Below, in pieces: positions 1-10,569 of a DNA stretch of 14,301 bases. This DNA is from Oopsacas minuta. Its lineage: Eukaryota > Animalia > Porifera. The translations under genes and the position numbers were made by a program. The DNA lies in assembly GCA_024704765.1 (NCBI GenBank), contig JAKMXF010000052.1, positions 32,485 to 46,785 on the forward strand, read 5' to 3'. Within the stretch, counting starts at the first letter, position 1. Every line of letters begins with the position of its first letter. A model generated the notes under the pieces. That model ran no database searches. It was not told the origin of the DNA and saw only the letters and a program-made list of their open reading frames with translations.

Positions 1-221
1 TCCCTAAGTAGCTAATAATGAACACAAATAAATACTCCCAGAGCCATAAGGTAGCGAATAAATTCCTAATCCCCTCCCAATGGTACTCTTTCTAACTAAT
101 AAAATATAAAGTGAGTGTGAAATTTATGCTAATTTTATGATTGGATGGAGTTTTGCTGGATTGATTATAATTAATCTTTGTAAAATGGCATATGGTTGGA
201 TTTTTTTCTTGTATTTTCTCC

Positions 222-390
222 ATTTTCGATCATAGTTCTCATTTTTGATCAAAATTCTCCAATATTTCGATCAAGGTTCGACTGGAGACATTTTAGTGGA
301 ACTTTGATCAAAATTTGCCTTTTTCATCATTTGATCAAAGTTGGACATAAGAAATTCTGATCAAAGTTCTACAAAAAATTCGATCAAAAT
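222..390. repeat. Degenerate array of 7 TT(T/C)GATCAAA(G/A)TT-like motifs
   Basis: GATCA cores at 228, 247, 269, 306, 333, 359 and 382, with spacings of 19-37 nt. Confidence 0.7.
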
Positions 391-684
391 ATACAGATGC
401 AATTGATAATACGAAAAATTCTATCTACAGTATTCTGCCCCCTTACAATTATATTTTTTTCCTGTCGATACTACTTCTGTGATTAAGATACCCGGATAGG
501 AGGATAACAGTATTAAAGAGGAGGTTCTATGTGTAGGTTTTTATCCCGGATATATTGCTGATGAATTGCGTGAATGTTGCTATAATGGAACTTATGGGCC
601 CAAAGCTTTAAGCTTTGTGATGAAAGAGACGGGGACGCGAAGTTCCGATGAGTATTTTTTGCATTATTATATGTATCTTATATA

Positions 685-1614
685 CAGGGTGCGGCAAAAG
701 TTTTGTCCCATGGTTTGACAATCAATTATACATAACTATAGTGGAATAATTGCAACCTTATAGGCCCATAATCTATATTGATGTATGTTTACTGAAGAAC
801 TAAAGCATTCTCTCTATTACTAACAAATATTTCTAATTAGAGACATGGAAGCCAAAAGGTCACAAACTTTAGAATTATTTCGTGCAGAGAGGTCCCCAGG
901 CGAGATTTTGAAAATTCTTCAGAGAAAGAATGGGGTAGAAAGTTGATATATCGTACTATCCAGAGATAAAAGGAAACTGGAAGCTTGATAGACAGAGCTC
1001 GAAGTGGTCGTCCGCGTAATGTAAGGACACGAGAACTAAAGGCGAAGATGGAGAAAAGAATCGTCCGAAATTCCCGGCGTTCCATGCGGAAAATGTCTCG
1101 TGACTTTGGAATAAGCTCTAGATCTATTGGACGCGTAGTGCACGATGACCTAGGGTTAAAGTCTCTCAAGCGCGGAAAGTTCAGATGCTTACAAAGGCCA
1201 TTAGAGTAAAGCGGCTGCAAAGAAGTCGATGTCTGTTATTGCGTGCCGCCCAATCAGTCGTTAACAAAATATTGTTCTCCGATGAGAAATTGCTCACAAT
1301 TCAAGAGGTTTCCAACCCTCAGAATGATCGTATCATCTCAAGCAGCGTCCAAGACATCCCAGAACAACTTCGATTCATACCGAGAAGGCAAAAGCCAGCT
1401 TCGGTCATGGTAGGGGGGAAATCTCTGCAAACTCCCGGACTAATCTTATTTTTGTTCCGTCTGGTGTGAAAATCAATTCGAAAACCTATCGTTAACTCAT
1501 TCTGGATCCTGAAGTGAAGGGTTTCGGTTGTAAGAACTTTGGAAATACGAGTTGGACCTTCCAGCAGGATGGAGCTCCAGCTCATACAGCTAACGCTACC
1601 CAACAGTGGTTCGA
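685..1614 (+). mobile_element. Element G: maT (DD37D-like) Tc1/mariner transposon, 3' part cut off at the N
   Basis: TA at 683-684 is followed by a TIR-like CAGGGTGCGGCAAAAGTTTTG, similar to the TIR of element E. A transposase remnant follows. The partner TIR is absent because of the N at 1615. Confidence 0.85.
845..1614 (+). pseudogene. maT-type transposase pseudogene (element G)
   Basis: Reads MEAKRSQ...RSGRPR...ILFSDEK...QNDRI...SVMV(W)G...KINSKTY...WTFQQDGAPAHTA across several frameshifts and stops. The third catalytic residue lies beyond the N, so the family call rests on the other motifs. Confidence 0.9.
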
Positions 1615-1615
1615 N
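1615..1615. other. Single N, probable contig join or assembly gap
   Basis: Unrelated elements lie on each side (G transposase, then Transib A tail) with no TSD between them. Confidence 0.8.
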
Positions 1616-1998
1616 ATTTAAAGGATGTATTTGTTCGATTGATTTCTCACAGTGATCCCATGCTGTTAATGAATCGCAAGTTTTCTATTCCAAGGCCTCC
1701 ATCTAGCCAAGGACTTAGAAGTAGCCAAGATATTTTAGTGAACACCCTTATTCGTGATCATGAAGATCATAATGATGATTAAAAGTAAACCTCTCAATCG
1801 ATTAATAGAAAATTTGGGGAATTTTCACACCTCAGATAGGTGACAATGACGTCATAACTTTGTCACCTGAAGGGAGAGAGATAAATTGATACAATTCGAT
1901 TCGTTGGGTCAAAAACCTATATGACAATAATACATTTTGAGGACCTATGTGCCATCAAAATGCCTATTTCCACATTCTGACCATTTCGTGCCACTGTG
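1616..1998 (+). mobile_element. Transib A, 3' end including the transposase C-terminus
   Basis: 1618-1782 reads LKDVFVRLISHSDPML...DD*, matching IMDIFVRLTSQSYPTL of Transib B at 9/16 positions. The end is CACTGTG (1992-1998), followed by the 5-bp TSD AAGTG (1999-2003). Confidence 0.88.
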
Positions 1999-2741
1999 AA
2001 GTGGCTTTTGTGTAACCTGAATATGTGCTTTTGTGCCCCAATAAATGTTGCTATGTGAATTTACTTGACCGTCAAGGTGGAAATGAGCTTCATCACTTGT
2101 CCACAAGTCTGACAAGAATCCCTGGCATTCCTCAACCTTGCGAATTAAAACGTTGACCATATCTAGTCTCCTGGTAATGTCAGTTGCTGTAAGCTTGTGG
2201 CATATCTGTATCCTGTAAGGAAACATGCCTAGATCTTGTTTCAGCACTCTGAGCATTGTGGTTCTCGAAATTTTGCAAACATTTCCAAAACTTTGTGAAC
2301 GCATTCAGGATGAACGTCTGGGAGATTGCTCCATTGACTTGCGGATCATGGCTATAACCTCTGGTGTGCGGATCATGGCTATAACCTCCGGTGTGCGGAT
2401 TGTAGGCCACCCACACGGGGTATGGCGCCCGTCATACTGCTTGTCTAGGTTCTTGACAGTCCCTTTACTCATAAACTTCAGAAACCACTTGAGAATAGCC
2501 GATCTGGAGGGTGTGTTATCAGTCCCAAACTGTTGTCGGTTGGTTTCATGAATTTTCAAGAAACTGGCCTTCTTCAAATACAGCTCTACGCAAAATGCTC
2601 GCTGCTGGCATGTCCACAACCTGGTAGTTGCTCTTTCAGGAGTATAGTTTGACATATCTAGAATATTAAATGGGTGCAATATATGACGTGGGATGGCATG
2701 CTCAAAAGCTAAAAGTGTTTCCAACCTTTTGAACCACCCAG
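1999..2741 (-). mobile_element. rosa (DD41D) Tc1/mariner element, 5' half with N-terminal transposase remnant (about 2655 to 2004)
   Basis: TIR 2714-2739 is the exact reverse complement of 13509-13534 (26 bp). Protein reads MSNYTPE...QRAFCVELY...LGMFPYRIQ...WTSDEAHFHLDGQVN...QKPL and stops at the Transib A TSD. Confidence 0.9.
2341..2400. repeat. In-frame 27-bp tandem duplication (IRTPEVIAM twice) in the rosa transposase
   Basis: GCGGATCATGGCTATAACCTC(T/C)GGTGT at 2341-2367 and 2368-2394, one mismatch between copies, plus a partial third copy. Confidence 0.95.
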
Positions 2742-2743
2742 CA

Positions 2744-3089
2744 CTTGATTTTAGATATCTTATGTTCACGAAATATGTACAAGATACAGTTATGGGAAAT
2801 AAGATATTTAGAATTAGCACAGTCGAAATATATAAAGTACACCAGATCAGTAACATTCGATTCTGTAATTGCTCCTACAGGTTCATTGAAATTGTGGCTA
2901 AATTTGGAAATCATAAAGCAGCAATTTTCCCATCAATATTTCGCATCTTTGAAGAAGAAACTTTACAGCTTCTAGGGTCTCAATCGCTTAGATACTTTAA
3001 ATGAGAATCATTTAAACAATAAAAAAAGAAATGAAACCATCAAATACGGAATCAATTTTTTGTCTACTCTTTGCTTCTCAACCACTGTG
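2744..3089 (-). mobile_element. Transib B, 5' end
   Basis: CACTGTG at 3083-3089 is followed by TAACG (3090-3094), the same 5-mer that precedes CACAGTA at 10570. The segment abuts the rosa TIR, whose TA TSD reads CA at 2742-2743. Confidence 0.85.
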
Positions 3090-3519
3090 TAACGTCCTAT
3101 TTGCTATTTGTCTGTAGGATATCGCCTGCTTTCTGATTATTATCTGATTGACCCTCTGCTTCAGTGCTGTGGTACGAACAAATCGTGGTCGACCAGAACG
3201 AGGCATGTCTTTCACTGTCTCATACTTGTTGTATCTTGAAATAGTCCGATAAATAAAAGATCGTGGATAATTTTTCGACCCGAGTGATTTCAATATTCCT
3301 ACTTGTCCATGTCGATTCAACCAAAGTTGGCTAATTGCAGACCTCTTAGCCTCAATAGGTTTAATAAGACACAGTATTACAGTAAGCTTGGAACCAATGT
3401 TGTAGTATGATATATAATAGAGTCACATAGAATAGTTGAATCAGAAATGACATCGAAAATGGTTGCGTAATAAAGTTTCTGCAATTCGAATTTCGTTGCA
3501 GAACTTTTGGCTCACTTTG
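3090..3519 (-). mobile_element. Element E (maT, DD37D-like), 5' part with N-terminal transposase remnant
   Basis: TIR 3495-3519 matches 8377-8401 at 22/25 positions; TA at 3520-3521. Protein reads (I)EAKRSAI...FIYRTISRY...RSGRPR...RQIANRTL and continues at 10564 once Transib B is removed. Confidence 0.9.
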
Positions 3520-3700
3520 TATGAAAGTTAGTTATCTTAACTTTTAAGAACTGTACATGACAAGCCGTCTGGTTCCAGATTCACATGTCCCCGACGTGAG
3601 GGGTCCATATCCCTTCAGAATATGTACATTTACGCCTATGGAAAAAGTTTACGTGTTGTCTTACAAGGTTGGTAGGTTTATCCATGTGAAAAATCTAGCT

Positions 3701-3719
3701 GTTAAAACCTGGTTTTAAC
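3701..3719. repeat. 19-bp palindrome GTTAAAACC-T-GGTTTTAAC
   Basis: Perfect 9-bp arms with a 1-nt centre. A nearby 11-bp inverted repeat lies at 3749-3759 / 3825-3835. Confidence 0.9.
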
Positions 3720-4419
3720 CGTCCTATCTACAACCTCTTGTGTGGACAAAACTGGACAAACCCCTATATCAATTCAGGTTTTGTTTGGTTATGTCCAGGT
3801 AATTTATTGAATATATATTAGGCCTTGTCCAGTTTACTAGTGTTTTAAATAATCTTTGTTTTCTTATGTTCTATCAGGTTTCCAAATTATAGTAGAACCC
3901 CCATAAACTAACACTGGAAGTCCTGCAAAATCTGACAATTTTATATACCAATAAGCGTTGGACACTGCAGAGTAATACACTGCATGATAAGGCGATTTTG
4001 ATAAATCGACAGATTTTATATTTATCAAGAGTATGTGCGACATTAGCACCGATACTGTCGCACGCATTGTTCAATTTCATGAAGTTTTGGTTTTGTCCGG
4101 TGCTCACCAGATTTTGTTCACTGTCCCCTCCAAACCTCAATCCAGAATATATTTATCCTGCTCTACCAGCTCGATCGAGAAAGGTTTTTTTCAAATTGTA
4201 TAGTTGTATTGTTATCCTGTACCGTAATTATATTTGATTTGTAACGTGATTATGTATGCTACTGTATTAATTATTATTTAAATCTTTGTTTGAGTCCTCT
4301 CCTTCTATTACAATAATTCCCAATAAATTGTTATTAGTGTTGTGAATAGCTTCATGTCATTATCAAACAATTTACCTTATCCACAAGTGTTCCAAAAGTT
4401 CAAGTCAAAGACTATATAA

Positions 4420-4479
4420 TGTGAGGTTTGCAATTAACATCGTGGCTATGCGAAATATCGAAGGCACTTGGTTGCTCAT
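4420..4479 (+). pseudogene. Degenerate C2H2 zinc-finger remnant, probably the N-terminus of the recombinase gene
   Basis: CEVCN*HRGYAKYRRHLVAH (C-x2-C-x11-H-x3-H) with one in-frame stop, on the same strand as the recombinase. Confidence 0.45.
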
Positions 4480-5059
4480 GTTAATAATGGTAAATTCCTT
4501 TGCAGAAAGTATACAAAATATTGTTCAAGTTCGCCAAACAAGATGTGATACAAAATATAAAAATTCAACAAAATTACAGTCAGGATAAAGATGTAATTTT
4601 CGTAATGAATTGAGTGTAGAATTTAAACGTATAGTATTGGATATTAAACTACATCTTGTCACAGTTCATAAGTTATGCAAATTCAGTCAAATTTGAAGAG
4701 TTAGAGTCAGAAGTGTTGAGACAAAAGCAATTGAAAGACTTACAAAATTCTCTATAATGGACAATATGGAAATGAATAATATTGTAAACCCATTGAATAA
4801 TTCAACGATACGATCAGAATAAATGCCAGATGATTCACTTGTGTATTGCAATGAATTCGATTATCAGAGTGTACTCCACATTTGAATATATCACCATTTG
4901 AGATCAGTTCTGGAGATGAATTTGATTCGGAAACTATTACATCAGACGTACTCTTAACACTTCTAGGACATGTAAGTTGGGTTGTTGGTCAAGGAAGGTA
5001 AGAAGTTAATAGAAGTTTTCCATGATAACATTGATCGTTGCTCAGCTGCTTCAGGTTTA

Positions 5060-6718
5060 TAGATCGTGAGCTGATAATTCAAGAATTCCAATCATTTTTA
5101 CTTCACAAGGGGAGGCGGTGGTAGAAAAACACGCCAGTTAAAGGTGATATGTGTCAATTTGATCTGTAGTTAATGAACGTGGTTGGCATCAGCTGTGGGA
5201 TCCTAATCAACTCAATCACTATGTCAGTTCTGCTACATGTAGTCCGTCAACAATGTATTGTCGTTTGCGTGTATACGAAAGATTTATTCGCTTTCTGAGA
5301 ATGCAGATACCTTCACTGCTACCTACTGTAGAACAGTTGAAAGGAATAGATTCTATGTTGTGCTATTTAAAAGAAGCAATTGGAAAAGATCGTCATTTGC
5401 GAATAAAGGATACGATGGCAGTTAGTCGAGAACGTATGCCAAAGTCTTTTGATGTATTACGTTTATGGCATTCACGTCGTGGATTGGTTGAAGTTACACA
5501 GCAATTTGTACATATTGACGAGTAACGAAGGATATCAGTGAGTTTGTGTTTATGCAACTGCATAATTATCTTATAGTTAAAATTCTAATAGCAACCGCTC
5601 AACGTTCTGGAATAATTGAGGGAATGCTGATTAAAGAGGTGTTAGATACAGAAGGTAATTCAAAATGTGACAACCTCGTATATATTTACGTTGCAAATCA
5701 TAAGACAGGATCTCTTCAAGCTGCTATTATTTATCTCGATGTTGAAATCTATTTTTACCTTGTCACTATGATTACGACAGTTCTTCCCTTGTTATCATCT
5801 ATTAGCGATATCTCTTCGCGTGATGAAAAGAACTGTCATGTCTTTCAGACATGGACTTCTGATAGATTACGTACAAGTAGCATAACCACTTGTTTGCGTT
5901 CAGGATTGAAACATTTTGGTATTCATGATCCCGATGCCTGCCCTACGAATTATCGTAAAGCAGCCTCTACATTGATCAGCATGCACAAACCTTCAATGCA
6001 AGAATCACTTAGTCAATTTATGTGTCATGCTCGTTCAACAACTGAGCGACACTACCGTCATCATGTGTCCCATAGGGGATTGTCCTCGGGTTTCAATGAA
6101 CTGGAGAAATGTCAAGCTCTGCCTAGCAATGACGATTTTAGTACCACATCTGAGAAGAGTCTTAGTAACCGATCTTCTAAGCCTACTACTCAAATGGTTA
6201 CACATTCTGATAATGTCACTGAACAAATTAATGAGCCAAAAAGTTCTAATGCTGTTTAAGATGATCATATTGTTGACTCGGATAATGATTTGGACGATAC
6301 TTTATCAGGCATTTCCATGTGTCCATGGATATCAATAGTGATTCAGAAAGATCATGTCTGATTGGTGATTCAGCTTTTCAGTTCAGTACATGTACACCTT
6401 CTGAAATCTCACATGTTTCTGTTCCCTCTTAGCCTTTAAATGACCCCCGATACACTTGTAAGCGAAATGGTGAAAAAGCATATTTGTGGATCAATTCCAA
6501 GAAGATACTTTTTTTTCTCAACTTTCGGTAATTTGATTGATAATGCATTACACCATATTCCTGTTGCAGCTAGCGAGGTTTAGTGTTAGCTTGGAGTACA
6601 GAACAATTTTTCCCTTATGGATTAACTTAGTTAACAAGTTTGGCCAATCTTTGGCCTTGAAAAAAGTTACAGATAAGATACGGACGTTTGCTCGAAATAA
6701 TCGAGTGAAGAAGTAAAC
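5060..6718 (+). pseudogene. Tyrosine recombinase pseudogene, Crypton-like
   Basis: ORF 5546-6259 carries TAQRSG (R), HKTG (K), TNYRK (HxxR-like), FMCH (H) and TERHY (Y). Upstream broken frames read FL..RGGGGRK and PSTMYCRLRVYERFIRFL, resembling a core-binding domain. An acidic linker and a KKVTDKIRT tail run to about 6718. Outer boundaries are approximate. Confidence 0.8.
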
Positions 6719-7034
6719 AATGCGAAGTTAGGAATTGTGTAGGATTTTTAACTGGTTAGCAGACGTCTAGGTCTGTAACGCTAGNCGAATATAGACTACA
6801 CAATATATAGGAGCGGGAAAGAGTATACAATTTATGACAATATATTTGTGTGGTCGAATACTTTTGTCCATTGACTGTATATTTGTTTCCATAGATAGGG
6901 GCATAAATATATGTAATATCCCAATGCTGTCCAGCGTCAAAATTGAATTATAATTTTGGACGCCACCATTTTGGCTTGAAGGACCATTTGCAAATTGACA
7001 ATGGCCTTACCGACAGGACAGCTGAATTAGTTTA

Positions 7035-8374
7035 CAGGGTGTTTCATAATTGATGCCCTATTCAGATTTAACATACTTTATAGAATACCCATTAGTACTA
7101 TTTTACTAGTTGGACTATTTAGCATATATCTCAATAATATGACTGCGTAGTAGCTTTTTACGTATCTTGCTTCATTCTAAACTATATTTTTCATTAGCAT
7201 ATTTGAATAATTGTATTCTATTAGTTGATACAAAGAAAATGGTCAAAGAACAGACTATTCAAACTCGTAATAGAGCAATTGGGATTTTGCAGGGTGGGTT
7301 GACCAAGAAATCGGTTGCTCAACGGATTGGAGTTAATATCCGAACAGTTCGTCGTTGGTGGTTATGCTTTTTTGGAGGTCAGTAGCTCAAAAACATAAGG
7401 GGTCGTGGCCAAAAACATCCGTCCCAATCCCAGCAAAGTTAGTCATCACTTCCACCCAGAAAAAACACCAATCAACCAAATCCATCTCTCGGAAGTTGAA
7501 ATCCAAGGGATATTCAATCTCATGCAGCATCGTATATCGCCATTTACGGAATACCCTTAACTTCAAGGCATATAAACGCCAGCAGCAACCCAAATTAACC
7601 GATAAACAGAAAGAAAACCGATTGAAATTCTGTAAAGCATGTAAAGACTGGACAACAGAGGTTTGGAAAAGGGTTATTTTCTCTGATGAATGCCCCTTTG
7701 AACTTATCCATGCACCAAATCGGTAGAATGATCGAATTTGGGCACCTGACAAGTCAAATATTCAACCAGTAGAACTGGTGAAACACCCTACTAAAATACA
7801 GGTGTGGGGGATGATCTCTTACGCAGCTGTCTCCGATTTGCACATGATAGATCCTGGACAAACAATAACTGGAGATTACTATGTGAACGAAAATCTGACA
7901 AAGACTCTTTGTGTCACATATAAATGAAAACGAAAAACTGGATCCACTATCCAGAGAAAGATAGTACACAACATGTCTCATTCAATTTTCCAACAAGACT
8001 GTGCACCAGCCCATCACTCGAAAAAGTCTCAAGAATGGTTAAAAAATAATCTGCCTTCGTTCTGGGAGAATGGTATTTGGCCTGGCAACTCGCCAGATCT
8101 TAATCCAATAAAATGTATGGGCAATAATGAAAAGTGAGATGGAAACTATGGCTCCTCCCAACAATCTGAAAATGCTTGAAAATAACATAAAACTGGCCTG
8201 GCCAAGACTTTCGTGTGATATTATAGAGTCGTTATATAATGGGATGCCAAATAGAGTAAAGAAGTGCATCAAACTACATGGTAGTTACATTACAAAGTGA
8301 ATTAATTGATTGGTTGCTATTAGTGCTGCGTTAATTCATTGTGTATGATAGGGCATCAATTATGAAACACCCTG
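7035..8374 (+). mobile_element. Element F: full-length (1340 bp) Tc1-like transposon with DD37E spacing
   Basis: Perfect 26-bp TIRs CAGGGTGTTTCATAATTGATGCCCTA (7035-7060 / 8349-8374) and TA TSDs at 7033-7034 and 8375-8376. Confidence 0.97.
7239..8300 (+). pseudogene. Transposase pseudogene of F
   Basis: MVKEQ...VIFSDE...NDRIW...VWGMIS...FQQDCAPAH...WPGNSPDLNPI(E). There are 37 residues between the second D and the inferred E, which was lost in a 1-nt deletion. Several stops and frameshifts. Confidence 0.92.
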
Positions 8375-8376
8375 TA

Positions 8377-8868
8377 CAGGGTGAGCCAAAAGTTTTGCAA
8401 CAAACTTAACATTATTTAATACTCAATGTATGATGCTATGTATTAAGAAATTTCGTCATATATGAATTAAATGAATATATTAATTAGTTCTAAATCCTTG
8501 TTCCTAAAATATGAGAGCTAATTCATTTCAAATCTCTTGCCTCTCGCTTTGATGTACATTTTCAATCATTCAGGGAATTTTTGCATGCTAGCGCTGCTTC
8601 CTCCAGGTCTAAATCATTCCATGAACGAAGAATTGCCCTTTTCAAAGCCTGAACTGACTTATGAATGTGGTTGTTTATTATTGCTTCCATTCTACCCGAC
8701 AAATAGTAATCACAGGGGTTGAGGTCTGGGGTTGAATGGGGCTATTCATCCTTGTTCAAAAAATTAGGGATGTTGTTAGAAAGCTAGTCTTGATTAATCT
8801 TAACTGTATAACTGGGCTCGTCCTGCTGAAACAACCAATTTTCTCCATTCATGAAGGTATTACTTATA
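8377..8868 (-). mobile_element. Element E, 3' part (catalytic C-terminus and TIR)
   Basis: TIR CAGGGTGAGCCAAAAGTTTTGCAAC at 8377-8401. Protein reads WLFQQD...TPDLNPCDYYL...GKRFE. Spacing between the last two Ds is 36 as observed, inferred to be 37 before a small deletion. Confidence 0.9.
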
Positions 8869-10199
8869 CAGTGTGTCCCATAAAAAACTGAATAGGTAAA
8901 TCATTTCAAAGAATATTATTATTCGAAGATTTTTCCAATGTTTTCCGAAATATCTAAAGTAATTTAGTGGTCCTTCAGTATTTTATCTTATAACTCCTAC
9001 TTTCCTGAACCAGCTGTCATCTTTTGGGCATGGAAGCCCATTAAGGTCGAAGAAAATCTGTATCTATCGCCTCCCTAATTTTCAATAGTTGTTATTTGAG
9101 GTCTCGAATATTTTTAGGGTTGCGTTTGATTAATTCTAACTTAATCCAGGCGAACAAATTTCAATAGGTTTAACATCTGGACTTTGACTTGGCCAGTCTA
9201 TTCTGTTTTTGTTTCATATTTTTGTCAATCCATGCCTTGGTTAGTTTGGCTGTGTAATTTGGGTTATTATCCTACACCAAAAACCACTCAGAACGATGAA
9301 AAACAGTTGCTTGTGTTATCATGTGCCCTCTCTAGTATATTCACAAGGAGAGCTGCTGTGAGTATTTCTTGGAAAATACATAGTGAAAACGTTCCTACAG
9401 ACAAAAAGCTGCCCAAATGTTGACTTTTTGGGTATGTTCCACTGTTGTTCGCAGCCTCTCAGTACCTTCCTTGGTCCACATGCGAATTCTCCCACGTGCG
9501 ATTCAAATCGAAGCCTCATCGGCGAATATAGCATGTTGCCAATCATTTTTAAGATTTTTCTCTCCTCATTCAAGTCGTGATATTCGATTTATCTTAGATA
9601 GTAGAGGAATGGGGCTAGGGTAGGGCTTCGTATACCTTAACTTCTTCAAAGCACGTGCAACCGTATTCTTTGGGGTGGTAACTGGACACTTATCTGCCAT
9701 AGCTCTAAGAGAAATGTAACGGGTTCTCCGAATTTGTTGTGCGATACTGTTCGTTATTAATGGGAGTAATTTCCCTGGCCTCCCACTCCCTTTTCTTCGT
9801 TTAATTGGCAAACATTCACTTATTCGGGATTTTAGGTTGTAAACCGTTGATAATGAGACACCTACAATTCTAGATATTCCTTAACTGAGTGTTTATTCCC
9901 CTTTGGAAGTATAATTGCGTGTTCCCTTTTCTCAGTCTGAGACATGGTGAAAAATAAATGCTATTAAATCAGAATGAACATATAGATATAAATGATTATA
10001 GCAAAAGTGTTTGTGTCATGATGATGCAATAATAAATATGTGCAAAGATTTTTATAATATATGGGAAATGTATTCCCAATAAAAACATGACTTAATGGAA
10101 TATAAAATTTTAAGTAGATATGTCTAATACAAACTATGAAACTCATAAAATGCTAGATGTAAGATAATTGAATAAATTCAGATTTTATGGGACATACTG
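8869..10199 (-). mobile_element. Element D: full-length (1331 bp) Tc1-family transposon inserted in E; transposase pseudogene about 9945 to 8975
   Basis: Imperfect TIRs CAGT(G/A)TGTCCCATAAAA(AA/T)CTGAAT, TA TSDs at 8867-8868 and 10200-10201. Motifs GSGRP, IFADEAS, DNNPNYTAK and DWPSQSPDVKPIE (about DD34-36E; a frameshift prevents an exact count). Removing D restores KHVLPISNTF in E. Confidence 0.92.
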
Positions 10200-10569
10200 T
10201 AGGCAGAACATGTTTAGATAGAATCAGTTTCTGCTATAAATGGTGTTAATTTTGGCGTCCTCTGGAACAAAAACCATGCTTGTTTTCCCTTTTGCCGATA
10301 TTCCAGCCCATACCATCACAGACTTTGGATGTAAGGTTTTTGCAACATGTTTAAATTCCCTAGGTATGTTTTCACGCGATATAGATTAACACACGCGAGT
10401 TTTGGCTCTTGTATTTTTCCTCGATGCTCCATAGTTTCTCCTCTGAAAATACGATATTTTCATGATCAACATTTTTGAGACGGGTCACGAGCATATGACA
10501 ACGTTGCAATCTTTTCCCTATTATGAGTGGAGTTGAAGCTTTGGTTTTAGTTTTTGTTAGAAATTAACG
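10200..10569 (-). mobile_element. Element E, middle part
   Basis: KRLQRC...NIVFSEEK...HPKSVMVWAGIS.KGKT..VFVP...KIN. Bounded by the TA TSD of D and the TAACG TSD of Transib B (10565-10569). Confidence 0.9.

Noticed and set aside
1-180. Possible gene or organellar fragment at the window start
   Set aside because: Only short hydrophobic frames with no recognisable motif.
222-390. CRISPR-like repeat-spacer array
   Set aside because: The core is only about 10-13 nt and degenerate, spacing is irregular, there are no cas genes, and the context is eukaryotic.
837-1603. Minus-strand ORFs 837-1220 and 1319-1603
   Set aside because: Antisense shadows of the G transposase.
1648-1654. Extra CACAGTG heptamer
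   Set aside because: It lies inside the coding tail of A (His-Ser-Asp) with no TSD, second block or partner end; treated as chance.
2180-3004. ORFs 2180-2416, 2225-2551, 2693-3004 and 2745-2975 as genes
   Set aside because: They are off-frame or antisense to rosa, or cross TE junctions, and show no recognisable domain. A possible small N-terminal exon of B across the rosa insertion (2914-2744 joined to 13504) could not be supported.
1945-3320. ORFs 1945-2304 and 3078-3320 both contain LHSG near their ends, suggesting a shared motif
   Set aside because: Both are read-throughs into Transib termini; CACAGTGG simply translates as H-S-G.
6027-6338. ORFs 6027-6338 and 6035-6268
   Set aside because: Alternative-frame and antisense overlaps of the recombinase pseudogene.
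7387-10146. ORFs 7387-7752, 7754-7981, 8039-8272, 8537-8722, 9184-9423, 9383-9580, 9417-9623 and 9964-10146
   Set aside because: Antisense shadows of the F, E and D transposases, or AT-rich UTR of D.
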